A DNA stretch of 64,000 bases. Origin: Candidatus Hydrogenedens sp. GTDB taxonomy: Bacteria > Hydrogenedentota > Hydrogenedentia > Hydrogenedentales > Hydrogenedentaceae. Both the position numbers and the translations under genes were made by a program. How positions within the stretch are numbered: the stretch's first letter is position 1; every line of letters begins with the position of its first letter. Under the pieces are notes generated by a model. That model did no database searches and was not told the origin of the DNA. It was given only the letters and a program-made list of their open reading frames with translations. Positions 59,895 through 64,000 of this stretch are shown here, piece after piece. The stretch covers positions 96,001 to 160,000 of the forward strand of contig JBMFRC010000007.1 in the NCBI GenBank assembly GCA_049968235.1. The letters run 5' to 3'.

Positions 59895-61436
59895 ATGAAA
59901 AAGGTTATATGCTTTACAGTAGTAGTAATCACTTTGTGTTTGGCGGTTTCCGTTCCGGTTTATAGCGTGGATATTACTTTTCTGAATAAGGTTCGTTCCG
60001 AGGAAAAGCAGGCATACGCGGAGATAAGCAATGGACAGGTAAAAAATGGATTGTGTCGGCTGGCTCGTTTGTTTAGGGATGCACCTCTGGATGATATAAG
60101 TTGTATAGAGCCGTTATTAGGTCCTTTTCAGTTATTTTGTTATGAGTTATCAACTCATAATGAGTTAATAATGCAGAGTTTGGTAGATAGAAACGTTGTT
60201 GTTAATTCTGGACGGGAAGAGCCTGTATTACAACCGAATATGTATCCATCGGACCGATTATTAATGGCGGGAGCGTATGCATTAAGTGAACCGATGGACA
60301 CATTTTCCCACGCACATTTATACCACTATATTCCGCAGTTAATAGGAGATAAAGAGATCTTGCTGAAAGCAGTAGGAGTAGGATTGGGGCTGGTAATCTT
60401 TCCAGAAGGTGGAGAGGCACTGGGGATACCAGGGGATTATTATCGGTCATTAAGTATTCCTTATATGCGTAAACAAATGAGTGTGGAGATACAGCGGTTA
60501 TTTGTGGAGGTTTATGTGCTTATGCGTATAGATGAGTTAAGTGGTGCTATAAAAGAGATGGGGAGTTATGGAAATGAATTGAGTAAGCGGGATGACAAGA
60601 CCTTGTTGTTGGATAAATTAGAAGAATGGGGAATAACAAGGGAAGAGGTAGTAAGTATATCACCGGGATTGAATTGTATTTCATTAGGTCTGCCAAGTCT
60701 GGATGTAAAAGATATAAATTGGGATAGTTTTTTATTGTGGGCGGATATGCTGAGGAAAACGAGTGATTCGCGGGTGGGGTATATGCTATTGTTTATTTTA
60801 CGTTATTCTCCATACTTTGGAGAAGAGGTGGAGAATAAGGTTAGAGGGGTATTGGAGGATATATGTAAGGAGGTTGGTTCGACAGGTAGAGTGGAGGGGA
60901 TATATGCTCGTTGTATATTAAATGACTGGGATGCAAGGTCACATCGCGTAAAAGACTTATATATGCGGACAAAAGAATTACTTCAGACAGGGGTATTACC
61001 AGGGGTATATAGTTTCCGGAGTTTGTATAAAGAGCGAGAACGAGCGATAAATCTGGCATATAATTATTTTGTTAAATATTGTTGGTATGAATACGGAGTG
61101 GAGATAGGTGATGCAATGAGAAGTAGAGACTGGATGAGTAAAGAGTTATTTAAAAGGGAACCTTTGTATATGAGTATGCGTCGGATAAGGGATGCAACGA
61201 ATGTATTGAAGTATAAGAAGAACATGGAAGAATTACTTAATTATTACAAGGATATAGCGGAGCATACACCTAATCCAGAATTAAAAGAAGAGATGTTGTC
61301 CCTTATCAACTCTCCACTTAAGGAAATAGTTCCGCGATTAAAAAATAGTTCGTCTCCACCCGTAGGGGATATATTATTAGATTGGGCGAGAGAAAGAACA
61401 GTGGGGATGTCGGAGAAAAGAGAAAAAGGAAGATAA
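59895..61436 (+). CDS. secreted hypothetical protein (ORFan, distinct G-ending codon usage)
   Basis: Signal peptide 'VVVITLCLAVSVPVYS'. Strong GAGGAGG RBS. Confidence 0.5.
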   Translation: MKKVICFTVVVITLCLAVSVPVYSVDITFLNKVRSEEKQAYAEISNGQVKNGLCRLARLFRDAPLDDISCIEPLLGPFQLFCYELSTHNELIMQSLVDRNVVVNSGREEPVLQPNMYPSDRLLMAGAYALSEPMDTFSHAHLYHYIPQLIGDKEILLKAVGVGLGLVIFPEGGEALGIPGDYYRSLSIPYMRKQMSVEIQRLFVEVYVLMRIDELSGAIKEMGSYGNELSKRDDKTLLLDKLEEWGITREEVVSISPGLNCISLGLPSLDVKDINWDSFLLWADMLRKTSDSRVGYMLLFILRYSPYFGEEVENKVRGVLEDICKEVGSTGRVEGIYARCILNDWDARSHRVKDLYMRTKELLQTGVLPGVYSFRSLYKERERAINLAYNYFVKYCWYEYGVEIGDAMRSRDWMSKELFKREPLYMSMRRIRDATNVLKYKKNMEELLNYYKDIAEHTPNPELKEEMLSLINSPLKEIVPRLKNSSSPPVGDILLDWARERTVGMSEKREKGR

Positions 61437-61544
61437 ATATGACTCTGTATAATAAATTGAGGAGGAATAAAATATGAATAAGGAGACAAAGAGACAAAAA
61501 AACAAAGAAAATGTAAAGTATGGGTCAAAATATTAATAGTAACA

Positions 61545-63404
61545 ATGGGAATAGGAATAATAATCGGTATGAGTGGATGTCCTTCAGAAGTGTGTAAGTG
61601 CGGAAATAATGAGCGAACAATAACAACCGAGGTAATTCCACCCGGAGCAGGTAGCATCTCACTGGAACCGGAGAAAGAATCTTATACTCGGGGCGAGAAT
61701 GTATTAGTTACATTTACTCCGGAAACTAATTACAAGATGTATATATGGATTGATACAAGCAGTTTATTTCATCTTTGTCCATCAAATACAATACTTATGA
61801 GGGTAACAGATAATATTCAACTGACGGCGTTACCGTGGTGGACAAAGAGGAAAGTGCATGTGTTTTGGGATACGTCTTTAGTGGATGTAGAAGTTCCAGA
61901 AGATGCAGTAGTACAGAGTCCGGGTTCTTTCGAAGTAGAACGGGAGGTGGATAGCCTGGCAACCTTTTCGGGACAGATAAAAGAAAATTTACCACCTTTA
62001 CCACCTGGTCAAGTTCGGAAGATGCTATGGGATTTGGTATCAATACCAACACATGTAGGACAGAGATGGGGTGAAACGAGTTGTTCGATAGTAGTAGAGG
62101 GTCCGTCCTCACCGACAGCGGAGCCAATATACCTGTATGCAACAGCCCAAGCATGGGATGAGAGCAGTCCTGTATATAGTATGAATATCTTTCCTGCTTC
62201 AATAGTAAATGGGGAAAATTTTGAAGGAAGACTATACTGTAACGGTTGCGGATGTGAGTGGTGTACTTGTTTGTCAGCGTTCCCATATGAGTGGACGAAT
62301 AGTGGGGTTTGTAGGAAGTTTATGTTTTCAATGCGTCCGTCTCCGTATGAAGCATTTGTGTTCTGGCTGGGAATGCAGGGCTATAATCTATCGCAAAATG
62401 CGGAATATACATTTGAGAGTCCAGGTGGAGGTAGTATGAACTTTTATGGACTTTATGCCCCTCGAATACATCTGTCGCCGTCTGTCGAGGGTCAGGGTGT
62501 GATTCACATAGAGTCAGGAGGGTATACAGAGCGATGGGGATATAACCCAATGCCATTTTGTATTGGAGGAGAATGTTCAGGATGGGTACAGGAGGATATA
62601 TCTAATTGTGTCAATATCTTAGGCAATAAAGTGGTATTAAAAGCAGAACCGTGTAACACTTCATGGATATTTGACCATTGGGAATATTTGGACGCGGGTG
62701 AAGGTGAGGGAAATTCTGGTAGTTGGGTAGAAATACCGGATGTTGGAGATAGACTGAATACCTATATGAACTGGTGGGGTTATCTGGATGAAACTCCGGG
62801 GCATCTCCATGTCCCCTGGGGAGAAACCAATTTCCAGGTCAAAGCCGTTTTTAGAAGATATGGTGTGTTTACGGTACAACCAAATGACCCTCAAATTTGG
62901 TGGCATACAATTATATACAATTTTTTTGAGGAAAAGGGTTATAATTCAATAATGGTTTTTAGTTTTAATAATTTTTTTGCTATTAGTAATTTTAAAGCTA
63001 GTTTACATAATTTGCCTAAATACGATGTTTTTCTATATAGTGGGCACCATGCTGGTGGTTGTTTGGGGGATGTATCATGGCAAGATATTCTGATTAATAA
63101 TCACGGGCATGGTTATTTGCTTGTATATCTTTTAGCATGTAATACGGCAAATATAATAATTTATAATGGTCAAGAGATTGATTTAGGGGAAAGATGGAAA
63201 GGTGCTTTTAATGCTTCATGTTTTATAGGATTTGAACAAATACTCTCCGAACTAGCGGCACAATCTTTCGACACAATGTTTTACCATTTCTTAAGATATT
63301 ATTTTCCACATTCACCTCGAATGGCTGCTGAATTAGCATCATGGACGACAACAGTAGATGTGCGTATTTTAGGAGATGTCTATTTGCCGTTTTGTGAAGG
63401 TTGA
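61545..63404 (+). CDS. hypothetical Cys-rich lipoprotein (lipobox IIGMSGC)
   Basis: Lipobox; many Cys (CPSEVCKCGNNE, CNGCGCEWCTC); no recognised family. Confidence 0.5.
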   Translation: MGIGIIIGMSGCPSEVCKCGNNERTITTEVIPPGAGSISLEPEKESYTRGENVLVTFTPETNYKMYIWIDTSSLFHLCPSNTILMRVTDNIQLTALPWWTKRKVHVFWDTSLVDVEVPEDAVVQSPGSFEVEREVDSLATFSGQIKENLPPLPPGQVRKMLWDLVSIPTHVGQRWGETSCSIVVEGPSSPTAEPIYLYATAQAWDESSPVYSMNIFPASIVNGENFEGRLYCNGCGCEWCTCLSAFPYEWTNSGVCRKFMFSMRPSPYEAFVFWLGMQGYNLSQNAEYTFESPGGGSMNFYGLYAPRIHLSPSVEGQGVIHIESGGYTERWGYNPMPFCIGGECSGWVQEDISNCVNILGNKVVLKAEPCNTSWIFDHWEYLDAGEGEGNSGSWVEIPDVGDRLNTYMNWWGYLDETPGHLHVPWGETNFQVKAVFRRYGVFTVQPNDPQIWWHTIIYNFFEEKGYNSIMVFSFNNFFAISNFKASLHNLPKYDVFLYSGHHAGGCLGDVSWQDILINNHGHGYLLVYLLACNTANIIIYNGQEIDLGERWKGAFNASCFIGFEQILSELAAQSFDTMFYHFLRYYFPHSPRMAAELASWTTTVDVRILGDVYLPFCEG

Positions 63405-63445
63405 TTTATAATGAAGATAAAGCAATCGATACAGGATTGAAAGTT

Positions 63446-64000
63446 ATGTTGAGATTGGGTGTTATCAGTTTATTTTTAATGGGCTTGGGTTGTGTCAATG
63501 AAACTTATAAGTATAACTCTCCGTATGTGATATGGGAATGGAGATTGGGTCCGCTAAAAGAATTTAAGGAAGGAATCTTTCAAAAGGAGATTGTTGAATT
63601 TGCAAATCTTTTTATAAAAGAGTTTTCGTTTGAAAAAGAGGATATATCGCCATTTTTATATAGTAAATACTTTGCAGATGGGGATATATATATAACTTTA
63701 ATATATGTCAGGGATGAGCAAAAAAGAAAACAATGGCAATCTTTACTGGTTGAATATAGAAAAATAGATATACCTATGTATACGGATTACATAGTTACAA
63801 TTTCTTTGTTAACCAATCGAGTGGTTCAATTTTATAACGGGGGGGTTCTTACTTCATATAGTGGAAACTTGCATTTTTCGAACTCATACATGGACCGTAG
63901 ATTGAAGATGGACAACGAAAATAATGAGGGTACAATGTGTGTTGAGAAGATATCGGAATATATAGGTATCCCTGAAGAAAAAAGAACAAGTGTAGAAATA
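63446..64000 (+). CDS. hypothetical lipoprotein (lipobox LMGLGC), 3'-truncated by the window end
   Basis: ATG at 63446. Open to the end of the window. Not in the ORF track because no stop is reached. Confidence 0.45.
   Translation, partial: MLRLGVISLFLMGLGCVNETYKYNSPYVIWEWRLGPLKEFKEGIFQKEIVEFANLFIKEFSFEKEDISPFLYSKYFADGDIYITLIYVRDEQKRKQWQSLLVEYRKIDIPMYTDYIVTISLLTNRVVQFYNGGVLTSYSGNLHFSNSYMDRRLKMDNENNEGTMCVEKISEYIGIPEEKRTSVEI

Noticed and set aside
1-64000. CRISPR arrays, IS elements, integrases
   Set aside because: No regularly spaced direct repeats and no transposase/integrase-like ORFs were seen in any frame.

Overview
This is an AT-rich bacterial chromosomal window with high coding density on both strands. 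Several proteins carry a prepilin-type N-terminus followed by an H-X9-DG motif (DUF1559 type). There are also FG-GAP, Tat-signal and large secreted proteins, and a C-terminal LPMAG-TM-basic sorting signal. Together this gene content resembles the Planctomycetes-Verrucomicrobia-Chlamydiae superphylum (Planctomycetes, Lentisphaerae, Verrucomicrobia) or Omnitrophica-like organisms; that attribution is inference.

Recognisable housekeeping and metabolic genes:
- hcp (short class-III-like hybrid cluster protein) with a downstream Rrf2/NsrR-like regulator, pdxA, 5-formyl-THF cyclo-ligase, an O-methyltransferase, and a MoxR / DUF58 / transglutaminase(TgpA-like) triad.
- A gluconolactonase, a PHP phosphatase, a Tat-signal DegT-family aminotransferase, an aldehyde dehydrogenase and a YtxJ-like monothiol thioredoxin.
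- hisS, two tandem type IV pilin genes, trkH-trkA and a heparinase II/III-like lyase.
- A ferredoxin-nrfH-nrfA nitrite ammonification cluster, in which nrfH carries a 1-nt frameshift in a T-run.
- An MFS transporter and a bile-acid:Na+ symporter-family transporter.

RNA genes are an initiator tRNA-fMet and an adjacent tRNA-Gln(CUG)/tRNA-Glu(CUC) pair.

The most notable element is a very well conserved cobalamin (B12) riboswitch on the minus strand at about 38440-38570. It sits directly upstream of a 2-gene operon: a 704-aa secreted cell-surface protein with an LPXTG/PEP-CTERM-like C-terminal anchor, followed by a DUF1559 prepilin-like H-X9-DG protein. No known Btu component is present, so this is a candidate previously undescribed corrinoid-responsive surface system.

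Other notable features:
- An orphan FtsA-like actin-family ATPase translationally coupled to a 600-aa coiled-coil protein.
- A perfect -35/-10 promoter split by a T16 homopolymer upstream of a compositionally distinct block of secreted/lipoprotein ORFans at 59.9-64 kb (candidate phase variation).
- Three single-base-deletion frameshifts, two of them in T homopolymers, and three in-frame TAG interruptions (one of them a TAG-TAG doublet) in otherwise intact-looking genes.
- A long run of Tat/Sec-secreted hydrolase-like proteins (amidohydrolase, six-hairpin glycosidase-like pseudogene, discoidin-like, PI-PLC-like) at 41-59 kb.
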